Notes: a model not told the origin generated them from the sequence alone. A DNA stretch of 64,000 nucleotides from Eledone cirrhosa (GCA_964016885.1 OZ024743.1:152272001-152336000); one strand, 5' to 3'. Numbered from the stretch's first letter, positions 1-13,151 are shown. Numbers and translations are program-made.

Positions 1-1119
1 AGAGGTAAGTCACTGACAGTGTAGTAACATTTACTAAGGCAGAGTACAGAGAAGACTGTGGTTAAGAAGCTTGCTTCACAACTATGTAGCTAATCTTGAT
101 CCCAATATGTGACACATTGGAACAAGAGTCTTTTATCAAAGTCTCAACTTGTGAGCAAAATTTGGTTGGTGGAAACTGAATAGAAAGGTATCTCATGTAT
201 AGCCAATAACCTTTACTCAACTTCACAGTTCAATAATGAAGGTTAAGGTTTACAAATCTTTGGCTCAAGATGACATTGTCTGAAAATTTTGAAAAATGAA
301 ATGTTTTATTTAAACCTCATTCAACACATGCCTTTTTTTCTAGTTGGGAATCAAGGTACAAACATAAAAATTGTAGAATTAGATTAGCAAACTGAACTAA
401 AGGAATTATTTTGAAACTATGAAATTTTGATAAAACCTGTAGCAATGAATGAGCATAGTTTAGATAAAGTGGTGGATGATTACTAACACAAAATATACCA
501 CTCAGACATCATGAAAATGATAACTTAACTTCCACTGTATTTTTTTCTTCTTGATATATTAGATTTTTACTGGCATGAAACCAGATAGAATCAGTAAAGA
601 AGAACATCTGCCAGCAACTTGATGTTAAGAATACAAGATTAGTACTTTCAATGAGAAAATGAATGCAGGTGAAAGACAATAACAATAACAGTAATGATGA
701 CGATATAAGTATATAATAATAATAACAACAATAATAATATAATGATGATGGTGGTGGTGGTGGTGGTGATGATTTTATAAATTCTTTATTTGTTTTATTT
801 TGTATTATATAATAAAACTAATTTCTAGCTAGGGAGGAGGGGGTAGAAATTCACTAAATCTCAGTACTTAATTGGCATTTACTATATCAAACCACAAAAG
901 ATGGAAAACAAAATTGACCTTGATGCAGTAGAACGTAGTGAGGGGGTTAGATGGGAATCTGTATTAAAGCAGGAAGTTGGAGCATCCAACCAATGTCACG
1001 CATTGTTTTCCATTCAATACGGTTATTGAGTGCAGCAACCACTTAGATTTCTCAAGCACCAAACCAAAATTTGTACTTACTTTTTTGCCCATACCAAAAA
1101 AGCCCTATACTTGAGTTTT

Positions 1120-1278
1120 GGGTGCATAGAATCAAGGAGTTGGCTTTGAGCATCACCAAAGCTCGGCATGCGACTACCTTGATGGGATATACACTCAATA
1201 CATAAAGGGATGAAAATAAATCTCATAAGGTATTTTGTCTGGTGATGCTCAAGGCCAACTCCTTGATTCTATGCACCC
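1120..1278. repeat. Inverted repeat, 39-bp arms with 81-bp spacer
   Basis: 1120-1158 GGGTGCATAGAATCAAGGAGTTGGCTTTGAGCATCACCA is the reverse complement of 1240-1278 with one mismatch. Confidence 0.95.
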
Positions 1279-1593
1279 GACCTCCCATGGGTACATGCTG
1301 AAGCATATAAACAATATGCCCCCACACCCCCCACCGCAAGGTGGTCGTGGAGGTGCCACGGCAAAAAAGCACCCAGCCCACACTGTAAAGTGGACGTGTA
1401 GGTGCCACGAAAAAGCACCCAGCACTCACTGTAAATGAGGTTGGTGTTAGGAAGGGCATCCAGCTGTAGAAATCAAGCCAGATCAGTTCCTGTATGAGCA
1501 AGGCATGGTCAGCCGACCAGACACTGCACACAACAGGACAACCCGTCTAACCCATGCTAGCGTGGAAGAACGGACGTAAAACGGTGATGATGA
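1279..1593 (+). mobile_element. 5'-truncated RTE LINE 3' UTR fragment
   Basis: Colinear with 46697-47030, which follows an RTE ORF end (AAAAAAGCACCCAGC...GTTAGGAAGGGCATCCAGCTGTAGAAATCAAGCC...GGACGTAAAACGGTGATGATGA); ends in a (GAT)n tail. Confidence 0.8.
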
Positions 1594-2924
1594 TCTTCCA
1601 ACTTACTGTAGTGGCTGCAGTAAATCACTAGAACACCAGGACAAATACTTCTGCTTATATTTCTTTTTTATATTCTGAGTTCACATCTTACCAAGCATGA
1701 TATTGCCTTCATGCTTCCAGACTTAAAATAAAATACCAATCAAGTAATGAAATTGATTCAATCAATTATAACCCTACTCCTACTTAATTTATTTAATTTA
1801 TGATACTGTGCCTATTTTTTACTGGTTTAAGTATCTCTATATATTGCACCACTAGTCTTCAAGACATAAAGGGGCACAGCATAAACAACACCAGGTTTTA
1901 GACACAGGCTCATTAAATAATGATTTGTAATTTTGGCAAAATCATATAGACCACAGTACTTGACTGGCACTATAGTTTATCAACCTCAGGTAGATGGAAG
2001 TCAAAGTTGAACTCAGTGGGTTTTGAGCTCAGAATCTGAAGAGCCAGAACAATTAATGCGAAACATTTGGCCAATGCTCTAATGACTCTGCCAATCCACC
2101 ACCTCATATGCACATGCAATATCATAAAAAGATAGGTGACATCATAGACTATGGACAATTATAGTAGAGTTATGGCTGGAAAACTAAACTGGAGGTATCT
2201 AGAATTGGAAAAATTACTGAAAAAAACCTTCAGGTCATACAAGTAAGGGAGGAAAACTTTTGATCCTTAGATTGGACCAAAGAAACTATGTTTCCTTTGA
2301 TCTTTCCATTACTGATATGCGTCCACGCCGCAGCCCTGTGACTATTGATAAGATACTGCTAATCCTATCACCACCACAAGCAACAGTTATAAGTGTGGAC
2401 ACGATAAGAAGAAGAATTCTACTATAGAAATAGCACCCAAATTTCCTGAAATAACACACTACCTTCTTAAAAAAGAAAGGATACGTTGAACAATGACATT
2501 TTAGGTAAATAAAAAAAGACAGTATGGTGACAGATTTGATATATCTGGGCTGATATGGGTTTAAACAACATTAACAATAAACTTCCAGAAAACAGCAACT
2601 GAGAATTAGTTACATTAATGTCTTTCATAAAACATTAATATAATACCTGAAACAAACTGCAACAAACAATAAACGATGACAAAAATTGGAACCTACAAGC
2701 AAGACAGCAAGACATAATTTGCTGACACATCCAGGAGATAAGTAACTTTGAATAAATACTGACTTGATAGTAATAATCCATCCATTCCATGTCAGCATGG
2801 AATGGATGACATAAAAATATTATGATGATCTGAGATTAAATGTACCTACAGTTTAAATTCTTGAAATAAAAAAAATAGCAATATAGAAAATAAAAATGAA
2901 ATATTCACATATGTGTAAAAGCCA

Positions 2925-3387
2925 CACTCGCTAGCTTCAATTCAGTATTCATGTCAACACTTATCTGTGGTCATGAATCTTGGGTAATGACTGAAAGAAT
3001 ACAATTGCAAATACAAACAGCTGAAATGGGGTTCCTCCCAAGGGTCTTTGGAGTAATATTACTCAATAGAGTGCATACCTCAGAGATCAGTGTGTCACCT
3101 CATGTAGAGCTGCTATTTCTCCAAATTGAGAGATCCCAACCTCAGTACTATGGTTAGAATGTCTCAGGACAGAATTACTGGACAGATTTAATGGGCAAAA
3201 CCAACTGGCAGGAGACCCAGGGGTTCCAACTGAGCAAAATGGTTGGATAATATCCATGAGCTCGGCTGGTCTCACATTGGAGACAGTTGTTTCTGACTTG
3301 ACCCATTGGATGGAGTGTTTCAGGACTCTTTCCCCCAAGACCCTCTCAAGAAGAAGAAGAAGAAAAAAAAGAAAAAGAAGAAGAAAA
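2925..3387 (+). mobile_element. RTE-clade LINE 3' fragment, decayed
   Basis: ORF 2951-3157 (STLICGHESWVMTERIQLQIQTAEMGFL...IERSQPQYYG) matches the post-RT region of RTE ORFs; (AAG)n tail at about 3348-3387; same family as the inverted copy at 16800-18045. Confidence 0.85.
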
Positions 3388-4379
3388 AGGGGAAGACGCC
3401 TCTTTGCTTAAATAATGAAAATATTTGATTTCCTATAAAATTTTGTGTAAACTTTGCACCACAAATCAGTAAAATATTCCACGTAATTTTAACAATAAAT
3501 TGCAAGAATATGGCATTTTAAGCTGTCTTTATAAAATTATTTAATTTCCTTAAAAATGGTTCCCAATACAATTTTAATTCAATATAATATTTTATATTTC
3601 ATTTTGACTTGTGCAGAACAACTCTTTTGTAAATTAAGACATGTATTATGGGAAATACCTTATTTGCTAACTGCTGATATGTAAACTAAACTGGAAAAAT
3701 AAACAACAAAATCTATACATAAAAATATAACTAAGATATTAAAAATGCAAATTTAATTAAAGGGTACTTTGTACAAGTGAAACATATTCATGATAATATA
3801 ATATTTGTCATGCATGTTTAAGCGATCTATTTGGTGCAGGAGAATAAATTCAAGTATAACACATTAAAGTCATTAAAAGTCTGACTGAATTAAAGGTGTG
3901 ATAAGAAGAAACAGAAAAGTAAATAGAAAATAATAACAATATCAACAATAATAATAGTTATTATTATTATTATCTTATTATTATTATTATTATTAATAAA
4001 AATAATAACAATAATAATAATGATGCTGATGACAACCACAACACCAAAATACAACAAAACTAGAAAGCAATATTCTGAAAAATAATGTCCAAATTATTTT
4101 TTGCTAATAATGTTTCATTTTGTGAAGATAAGATTTTATCAGCAAGTGGGATGAACTCTATGACATGTATTCCAAAATATATAGAATTCCGGTTAAAAAT
4201 GATTTAATTCTAAATGTTCAGAGACATTTTTTGTCTTTTAAAATATTTTATGAATTTTATGAATACATTTGTTTCATGACTATTCTGTTCATTTTATTGT
4301 TACTTCTCAAAAGATTGGTAATGGTTATATTTTCATTAATCATTTCTTTTACTTCATTACATCCATTTATGCCCTATCT

Positions 4380-4860
4380 AAGATGGGTTATCCAGTGACT
4401 GGTGTTTTCAGTAGTTGGAAGCATCTGAACATGAACAAAAGCCTACTGTCTTCTGCCAAGCAATCAAAAAGACACCCTTCTTTTCTTAGGCTGAAGATGT
4501 ACAAGCCAGCTCTCTTCATGTCAGGTTCAAAGCCTCAGAGCTGCAACAATCAATGTCAGCACAGTGAAAGGTAGGTCTGGAGAAATTATTGATATATGTT
4601 AGATGGGGCATGTAGATATGTGTTATGTTCAGCAGTTGTGATAGAGAGGAGCCTCAACTAGACTTCTCACAGGCAAGGATCGTAGTTACAAGTCCTTCTA
4701 GGTACATTACCAGCAGTATCTGAGAGTTAACGCTGTAATGGAATTGTATCCTGTCCAGAGGAAGTCTTGTACTCTGTCTCTTAACACCAATGAAAAATGA
4801 AACTGGGGATAAGCACCAGCCTGATGAACCTGATGAGTTGGGGCAGATTTTAACTTCTTT
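4380..4860 (-). mobile_element. Heavily decayed LINE reverse-transcriptase fragment (CR1/L2-like)
   Basis: Minus frame reads SS*GSSLSQLL...YINN...FHCAD, reminiscent of GVPQGSxLSPLLF..YINDL...YADD. Weak. Confidence 0.3.
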
Positions 4861-4908
4861 ATAACACATCTCAAGGAAACATTTTTATAACACATCTCAA
4901 GGAAACAT
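4858..4908. repeat. Tandem duplication, 26-bp period
   Basis: TTTATAACACATCTCAAGGAAACAT at 4858-4882 and 4884-4908. Confidence 0.9.
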
Positions 4909-7900
4909 CACCACTCCCCCAGCACCACTGAAAATCAAATATTTTACTGCAATGTTCTCTACTGAGTAATATTCGAGTAAAGCATCCTAGATGGATATGG
5001 ACTTATTATATTAAACCCATTTCATACCTCTCCACTTCATGTCATTTATTATATTTCATTTCCTAGAATTCAAACTAAGCATTTTTTCCAATTCTTCTTT
5101 TCGCCAGAATTTTTCCTTCTGGAACTTCTATACCTTTGTTCTCTTCAACTACACAACATTCAAAATTCAAACTACAATATGAACCAAACTGTTTTCCTTC
5201 TTGTCTAAATGAAGGTTCAAAAAGCTATGAGCATTGCTCATCCACCTTAGACTAAATTAAAAAAAAAAACACTATTTCACCATATATCCAAATCTTAACA
5301 CAAATTCTTCCTTTCTCTCTTTTTTGCTCTCATATATATTCTGAAGTTCCTATTACCAAAACTTTCTCGTCTCAATATCTCTAATATTTCCCTATCCAGA
5401 CTCACTGCTTTCCAACATTACACTTCCAACAAATAGCCCATAATAAAAGCTATGTGAACCTTTTCCTCATCAGTTGTACATTTGTACATGTGTAATTTGA
5501 CAAGCTATTAATGCCTGATGTTTCTGGCTCAACACACTATTATATTTGTTACATTTATATTACACATTTGAAACTATATGTATATATTTTATTCAAAATA
5601 TATTATTCTTTGGTAAACATTCATCACACAGCACAGCCAGAAACATAGATAAGATATGTTAATCATTTTTATAAAATCATTTTTGTAAATATTCTTGCAA
5701 TTGGGATTTGCATAGTACTTCTTTTTATTTTGGATTCTATATCATTTTAATTGCATACGAGTATAGGAAAAAATAAAACAAAATATTATGACTTGTGTGA
5801 ATCTCTCATTGCAATAAAAAAAAAAAACAGGATACAAATCTACATTTAATTTTCAAAGATATTACTTACATCTTCACAATTTCTAAGGTGGCAGATTGGC
5901 AAAAACAGTAGGATATCCTACTAAATGCTTTCCCTTTTTAATCATAAGTCCCCTATATTATCAATAGAAATAACACCAAAATCAATTTTGTTATGCATTC
6001 TTACCAGTTCTTAAAATAACTACCAGTTATATACAAGGGATTACATTTCTTCAGCTATAAATCTACCTCAACAAAGGTTGGCATCAAAAGTTATCCTATT
6101 TGCATTTGTATGCTTTTTTTAATTATTCAAAACAAAATATATCATTTCTTTTTCAAGTAGCAGACCTTTGATGGTATTTCAAAAATAAATCAATACATTT
6201 TCTAGAAAAACAGTTCAAACATTTCACTGTGTTTACTGTTAAGATTGTATAGCCTATATTATTGGCAACCAAGCTACTTGAAAGTAATTAAAAAAGGTAT
6301 ATTGCTTTTATGAATAATAGTATCTACATGCAGTTGTTTTACTTTTTCCATAGCTCAAATAAACTGATCTATCTAGTGCATCTAACTTCTTTTGCACAGA
6401 AGCTATCAGATAAGTAAACAATTTCATATGTGTTATAAAGAGAAAGCTTCTTAGTTGAGGTTTCATCAACAGACATATAAAGAATGTCTGATGTATGAAA
6501 CATTTCTTCATTATAACTATGAAATCAAAAGCAGAAAATATATTCAAGTTTTCAATAGACTTCTATAATATTATTTGCTTAATATTTCATTACTCAATAG
6601 ATATCAAACTATAACCTGACATCCTCTCCAATGGATCAGTTATTGTTATCACACTGCATTATCTGATATTCAAACAAAGTTACAAAAGATTTCCATCAGT
6701 AATGAATATAACAGAACCCATCGAGAATAGCTAATCTAAAAGAACCTGATTAAATTAATTGTCATTTCAAAAAGAGGCATGGTTTTTTTTTTATAGATTC
6801 TTTGCCAGACTGAAGAAGCTAATAGGAAACAATTGAACAATGAAGTCATGGTGGAAGAATCTACCTCTAAAGAGTGTTTTTAAGAGTAAGTAAATCAAGA
6901 ACAGCTGTCATGGTTGTTGTTATTGCTTAGATCATGGTCAGCCTTCACGGATAAAAGAAAAAATAATTTAAGCCATAACATGATCCAGATTTTTGTTTAA
7001 GGCATAATATGTTCAGATCAACATACTCTGACTCCTTCCCTTTTTTTTTTTTTATTCAAGATGACAGAGTGGGATATTTGAAAAAATTGTAGCAACTGCA
7101 TAGTCGCTTGCATTACCTAGTTCTAGACAGTCAAATTAAAAACTGAAAGAATTATCACATAAATGATACCAGTTAAGCAAGTAACAGTGTATTGCCATGA
7201 AAGTTAAGCAGTTGCCTAATCAAAATTAAAATTCATCTTGTTAAGATTTGATTCATGTTATATTTGAAATAATTCCTCATTGTATATAAAAACTTGTGTT
7301 TACTTCTTTAGGCATACTATTCTGAAGATTGCTCAGGCTTAAAGTTGATTTATCATCATCATCATCACCATTTAATGTCAATCTTTCATGGGTTAGACAT
7401 GAAACAGCACTACAACCTTGTTGTGGAACCAGTAGTAGTAGTATAATTGGTGATTAATATAATTCTAAACTGAAAGGACTGGTGCCATGTTAAAAATGCA
7501 CTCTGTCCACCCTATAAGATTATCATACTGGTACTATGAACAAAAGACACCCAGTCCACCCTATAAGGTGATTGGTGTTAGGAAGGCATCCAACTATAGA
7601 AAACCAAGCACAAAACTGAAATCATCATCATCATAATCATCGTTTAACATCTATCTTCCACACTAGCATGGGTTATTTACACAAAACTCCTTCATTATAA
7701 TAAAAGTGAGAGAATATAATACTGATATTATGTATAATCATAAAAGTAAATTTAAAGAATAGTAGCCAATTAAAATGACCAGTAAAAAGAATTCTAAGCT
7801 AAATATTATCTTTTAAAAAGTAATATATTTTTATATTCCTCACACTTAATACCAGTATTTCAATTCCAGTAGATATAACTATAATAACACTGAGTAAATA

Positions 7901-10425
7901 TTCTAAAAGGTTATTTATATAAAGATATTTCTGTTTAAATATTTATCTCAACCCTATTGTTCTTCCTTCTTCACCTTTTAATATTGAAACACTATCAGAG
8001 TAAACAACTCAAGCTTTGCAGATCTTTATATAAGGAGCATTCTGCTTAATATTATGATTAACATGGGAAAATGATTTTTATGACTGCACGTTTTATATTT
8101 TACATTTAGTAAAGAAACAACAATATGTAATTGCAATCTCCTCAGTAAATCATTTACTGCAGTTTTACTATCGGTTAACTGACTAACCATTGACAAAGTA
8201 GGTTCAAGAGGACTCTTTAATTCTGCTAAATACAATATAAAATGAACCCAACATACTCTGTAAACTGGTTAATATTAGGAAAGGCATTCAGCAGTAAAAT
8301 CCATGTATGCTAAAAATGGAATGTACAAAAGAGACATCGTTCTCCAATATGTCTAGGAAAGCAGTAATTCCATATAAGAACTGACAAGGAATGTGACAAC
8401 CAAGCTAATACATACCAGCATGGAAACCAGATGTAAAATGATATTGATGATGATTACTTATTTTCCCTATCTCCCTTGATTACAGTGATGTTTGTGATAA
8501 CATTAACTACAACCTGAAAGTATTTTTGCGTGAAAATTAAATTAACATTTCTACACACCAGTAACTGAATAAGGAGACAATGATAAAGATTAATCTAATG
8601 ACGTTTGAACTAATCAAGAAACATTACATTAAAGATATTTGGTTAGGGTAAAAATTGTCAGTTCCTTATAATTAACTAAAAAAAGGGAATTTATTAAAGA
8701 CAAATAATTAAATGTTAGTTGAGTAACTCATATCTGATAATTTTCCAATCTATAAACAGGAAAATAATAATATGAAAGCAAGAGAGGTGGATAGAATTAA
8801 AAGTATCTTCATAAAAATAGACACAAAATGTTATTAAAATTTTTGAATGATTTTTCTCTTGCAACATAATACATAATTCATATATATTTGAATTAAAAAT
8901 TTTACCTCAGTTGTCTTTTGCAACCATTTAGATATTCATCCATCATATATAGAATAATTATTATATAATCAATGTTTTTAATGTGATTGTTTATTTTATA
9001 CAGGCATATAATCCAGAAAACTACTTAAGCACATCTCTTTTCTCCACGTCATACACAAAAATCTATATCTGATAAACCTAATATTAGCTTTGAATTCTTT
9101 CTCCATACTGTTCCCTAATCATGGTATAATATTCTAATCTTTCTGCCAATATACCATCCCTCTCAATACTCTTAAATAATTTGTATCTTTATCTCTTGTC
9201 CCTAGAGGTTAGTCTATTTTAAATAAAAATAAAAATAATAATAAAATATTAACTCTATTTTTTCTCAGCTTGAGGTTTTGCCTTAACTTGGCAACCAATA
9301 TAGAGATTGTGAATATTTTAGTAGTATACATATCATATTCTATATATCAATATTTCCCAAGGAAATGAAATTAGATAAATCTACTTCATATTCAAAACTA
9401 CATATAAAAAATATATAAACATGTAAATATGAAGACATATAAAAGCAACATAATTATAAATGGTAAATATAAACAATTGCCAAGATAAGAATTTCCATTT
9501 ATGGACAGATAATAAGTTATTTATAACATAATGAGTATATTTTTGACAGCTATACCAGAAAAAAGAGAGGCAAAATAGGTTTGCAATAAAAAACAAAGCT
9601 GAAGGTAAAATACAACAAACAAATTCATGTGCAAGAATAGAGGGTGTCAAAAAGACAGAGAAAATATAATTATGCCTCATGAAAATCATTATCTGAAGTA
9701 AAATAATAAATTATCAACACTTTATCACCACTGCTGCACTATTGAATATCTGTTCTCTTTTTCAGGCTCTTGAACATGTCAACTATGGCACAGTTTCACA
9801 ATGAACTCACTTTTTTTTTGCTTCAATATCATCCCTCTTCATGCCCCTTCCCACAGCATAAAACCTTTGGGACTTCCCTTCAAATGCTCGATCCAACCAA
9901 AGACCCATAACAATTCAAAGAAACTTTTAGAAGCCACCAATCTTAACCATTATCTCTACCATCAGAAAAATAATGTTCTATTTTTAAGACAAGATCAACT
10001 ACTAAAAGCCCATAGACATATGGAAAGCCTATATCAATGAAATTTTAAGATATAAATGGAGATTATTTTATAAAAAAACTTTTGTGCATATAATTGGATA
10101 ATGAAGCAAGTATCATTATGATAGCAGATATCATTCTGATAGTAAATCCACAATTAACTCAATACCTGATGTTTTGTTAAAAATTGGTGCATACAATATT
10201 TACATAAATAAGTCTCAGTAACTATATCATCCCTCCCCAAGGGTTCTGTTTGAAATGTAAAATTTCTCTACATCCTGATCATATAAAGTTTTTGCTACTA
10301 TTAGAACTTTTTGCAATATTATTTGCTCAGATTTCTATAGCTTTACTATTCAATAATAATGATTTAGGGGTTCTGAGAGTTGTAAAAGATTGTCAGAATG
10401 TCACAGAAAGAAGTTGATAGCTTAA

Positions 10426-10646
10426 CCCTTTAGCATTTAAACCAGCCATATCCAGCCAGAACTTTCTCACCTCTTTCTTTTCAAACCGGCTATAAGTGGC
10501 CGCTCATACTGATGTTAAGGTATTTTTCTCAAAATAAATAATATCAAAACCTAATAGATTCAACATTATGTACAATAATTATATGAGATAATGCCTTTAC
10601 CACAAAAATACAATAGTATATATAGAGTAATGTAAATGCTAAAGGG
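10426..10646. mobile_element. piggyBac-type MITE
   Basis: 14-bp TIRs CCCTTTAGCATTTA / TAAATGCTAAAGGG flanked by TTAA on both sides; related inverted copy at 23128-23341. Confidence 0.9.
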
Positions 10647-11457
10647 TTAAGGATAAACTGAATAAATATACCAGCTTACTAAATCTATGAAACAGCAAAT
10701 GACTCACACCAATTATGAGTTATTACTGAATTTGCTACTAAAAAGGTGTATTTAAAGCTGATAACAGGGTCTCTATGCAATCGTTCAACCTACACGAAAT
10801 AGTAGCCACATCCATTTAAAAAGAAAGAAAACATTGGGTGATGTAGTACCAGAAACACTGTAAAAAAAAAAATAATGCAAGACGATCAAGCTAGAATGCC
10901 TCAAATCACAGGTTTCCTGAATAATAGCAGACTTAGGGTTTAACAATAACAATATTTATAGTGCATCATATCTCTCTTGTCAGATACAACTGTTTTCATG
11001 ATACATGATAAAAGCTTTATTAACTCATTCAGCTATTTCAAAGCCATCATAGAAAAAGTTGCTAGAATTAACTGAAATGATGGATTATTTAAAGATGTTA
11101 ATGATATTTGGAATAAATTTCTGATCGATGGAGTTGAGGCTGTCAAAGATTGTATAAAACATTCATATGAACCACAGTGTAATTAAATTCAGAAACATCA
11201 AACAACAGCTTTGTTAGTAGATGCACAGTGTTCCTATGACCAGCAAAGATGAACTGAATGCAAAAGATGACCAAGTATTTCTGAAACCAAATTTCAGATT
11301 AATCTAATATTAAATATAAAAGAGAAACCCAAATCCTTTAGCAAGTATAATACACCAAAGCTGGAGGCTAGAAAAAGGATCCTAGCTCTTGACAAACTTG
11401 ATAGAGTACTAAAGGCAACTTTACAAAATTATAAAATACATACAAGGAAACTTGTAT

Positions 11458-11640
11458 GCAGTATCGGTAGAGGGTCGGACGCCATGCTTTTCAGCAAAGA
11501 GTTACGACCCTTTATGGTCTGAGTTCAAATCCCACCGAGGTTAACTTTGCCTTTCATCCTTACGGGGTCGATAAAATAAAGTACCAGTAATGCAGTGGGA
11601 TAATTGCCGGCCTTGTGCCAAAAGTAGAAATAATTATTAT
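11458..11640 (+). mobile_element. tRNA-derived SINE, family A (Meta-domain-like core)
   Basis: B-box GAGTTCAAATCCC, core TTTGCCTTTCATCCTTACGGGGTCGATAAAATAAAGTACCAG and (ATT)n tail; very similar copies at 15501, 19963 and 63229. Confidence 0.9.
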
Positions 11641-12012
11641 TCAATATCAATATCACAATAACAATTGTGTTCACTATGCTAAAGGGATTAAATCAAAATA
11701 AACATCAACTTTAAAGTAACTAGAATCTAGTAAACTTAGTATCTCTTTCAATCTTTTTGATACCAAACTGCCTGAAATTGTCCCTGGTTCTATGTTTCAA
11801 AACTGAAAATCATGTATAGTGTTTTTTAGTAGAAATATTATCAAATATAGGAACATAAGCATGTGATGGTGTATAAAACAAAACCTACTCATTGAACTAA
11901 CATGTTTAATATGAAATACATATTAGAATTTATAAATATTATGGTCTCAGTCATTTGACTGCAGCAAAGCAGCCTTTATTGATTTTAGTCAATTAAAACA
12001 CCTCTAGTACTA

Positions 12013-12400
12013 GAGAGATGGCTGAACGCTTTTCACCAGCGGTGCCTGCGAAAGATCCTTCATGTGTCCTGGTGCGACCGAGTGCGAAACGAGGAGATCC
12101 TGCGGAGATCCAAGTCGTGGATGGTACAGAGAGTGGTCACGGAGCGTCGGTGCTGTCTGGCTGGCCATATTCTGCGTCTGCCAAATGAACAGCATTCAAA
12201 AACAGCGATGAACTGGACTTCGCCTGGTGGTAAACGGAGATGGGGTTGCCCAAGGATCACCTTGCGACGAACATTCCAGAAGGTCCTGATGGCAGTCAAC
12301 ATCACCTGGCACGGTCTTGAAAAAGTTGCCGCTGATCGTGACCGTTGGCGAGTACTTACTGCTCAATGCGGTGAACGGCGCGGAAGAATCTAAGACTAAG
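12013..12400 (+). mobile_element. Young 5'-truncated RTE-clade LINE
   Basis: Uninterrupted frame ERWLNAFHQRCLRKILHVSWCDRVRNEEILRRS...LAGHILRLP...WTSPGGKRRWGCPRITLRRT...AADRDRWRVLTAQCGERRGRI*; CTAAGACTAAG tail; TSD AGTACTA at 12006-12012 and 12401-12407. Confidence 0.93.
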
Positions 12401-12840
12401 AGTACTAATAATGGAACTCTTTTTACTAATCTCTATTAATAGTTGAGTCTATCATACGTTATATTCCTTACTATTGCTTTACCACTCCTCAGTAAATAAG
12501 CGCTGATTTCTAATTGAAGCACAAGGCCAGCAACTTTGGGGAAAGGGCAAAGTTGATTAATGCAACCACAGTACTTTAGTTTATTGAACCCAGAAAGATG
12601 AAAGGTAAAGTTGACATTAGTGCAATCTGAATTGACAAACCAGAATAATAGAGAAATAACAGTTAATCTGGTGCTCTACCAATTCTGCCAATCTACCACC
12701 CTCTTAGTGAATAAATATTACATGGAAATGACACCAATTTTCATCAGTATGCTGTGATCATATACACAGGCACATTATTTTTCTATATTCTACTTTAAGT
12801 ATTGAGTATTTGTAGATTTGTAAAATTATATATATATATA

Positions 12841-12880
12841 TTCGTTTTATATTATATATATATATATAATATAAAACGAA
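12841..12880. repeat. Perfect 40-bp palindrome with (TA)n centre
   Basis: TTCGTTTTATATTATATATA|TATATATAATATAAAACGAA is its own reverse complement. Confidence 0.95.
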
Positions 12881-12910
12881 AAATCAGTGATGCATCTGGA
12901 CTCAGTTTAT

Positions 12911-13000
12911 TGTGTTACAATTGTTTCGCCGGCAGATAGCTCGAGACACGATCATTGTAGGGATCTGTCTGATTCTAGATCTGCAGGTTCATTGGGCACA
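12911..13000 (-). ncRNA. Degenerate type I hammerhead ribozyme in a probable Penelope-like pseudo-LTR fragment
   Basis: Minus strand: UGUG(C) [stem I] CCAAUGA [CUGAUGA with two changes] A CCUGCAGAU...AUCUGCCGG C [stem II] GAAAC AAUU GUA [minimal palindromic stem III, GUA triplet] (A)CACA [stem I], followed by AAUAAA; lies between (TA)n tracts. Confidence 0.65.
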
Positions 13001-13015
13001 GGCAATACTTTCGGA

Positions 13016-13151
13016 AAATAAAGTGTCTTGCTCAAGGAAACAACACATTACCCGGTCTGAGAATTGAACTCAATATATATATATATATATATATTGAGTT
13101 CAATTCTCAGACCGAGTGATGTGTTGTTTCCTTGAGCAAGACACTTTATTT
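13016..13151. repeat. 136-bp near-perfect palindrome centred on (AT)n
   Basis: AAATAAAGTGTCTTGCTCAAGGAAACAACACATTACCCGGTCTGAGAATTGAACTCAA-(TA)n followed by its reverse complement, with two mismatches. Confidence 0.95.

Noticed and set aside
1223-1531. Recurring ORFs containing MPFLTPTSFTVSAGCFF (also 13048, 43658, 46560)
   Set aside because: These are translations of the shared RTE/SINE tail, not a gene family.
4820-4885. CTGATGA twice followed by GAAAC (possible hammerhead)
   Set aside because: No closing G-C pair for stem II, and no stem III/NUH or stem I; lies in decayed LINE-like DNA.
6460-6735. Frame with DILSNGSVIV...KRFP, as a second Cys-loop relic
   Set aside because: No cysteines at the loop positions and wrong motif spacing; compatible with chance.
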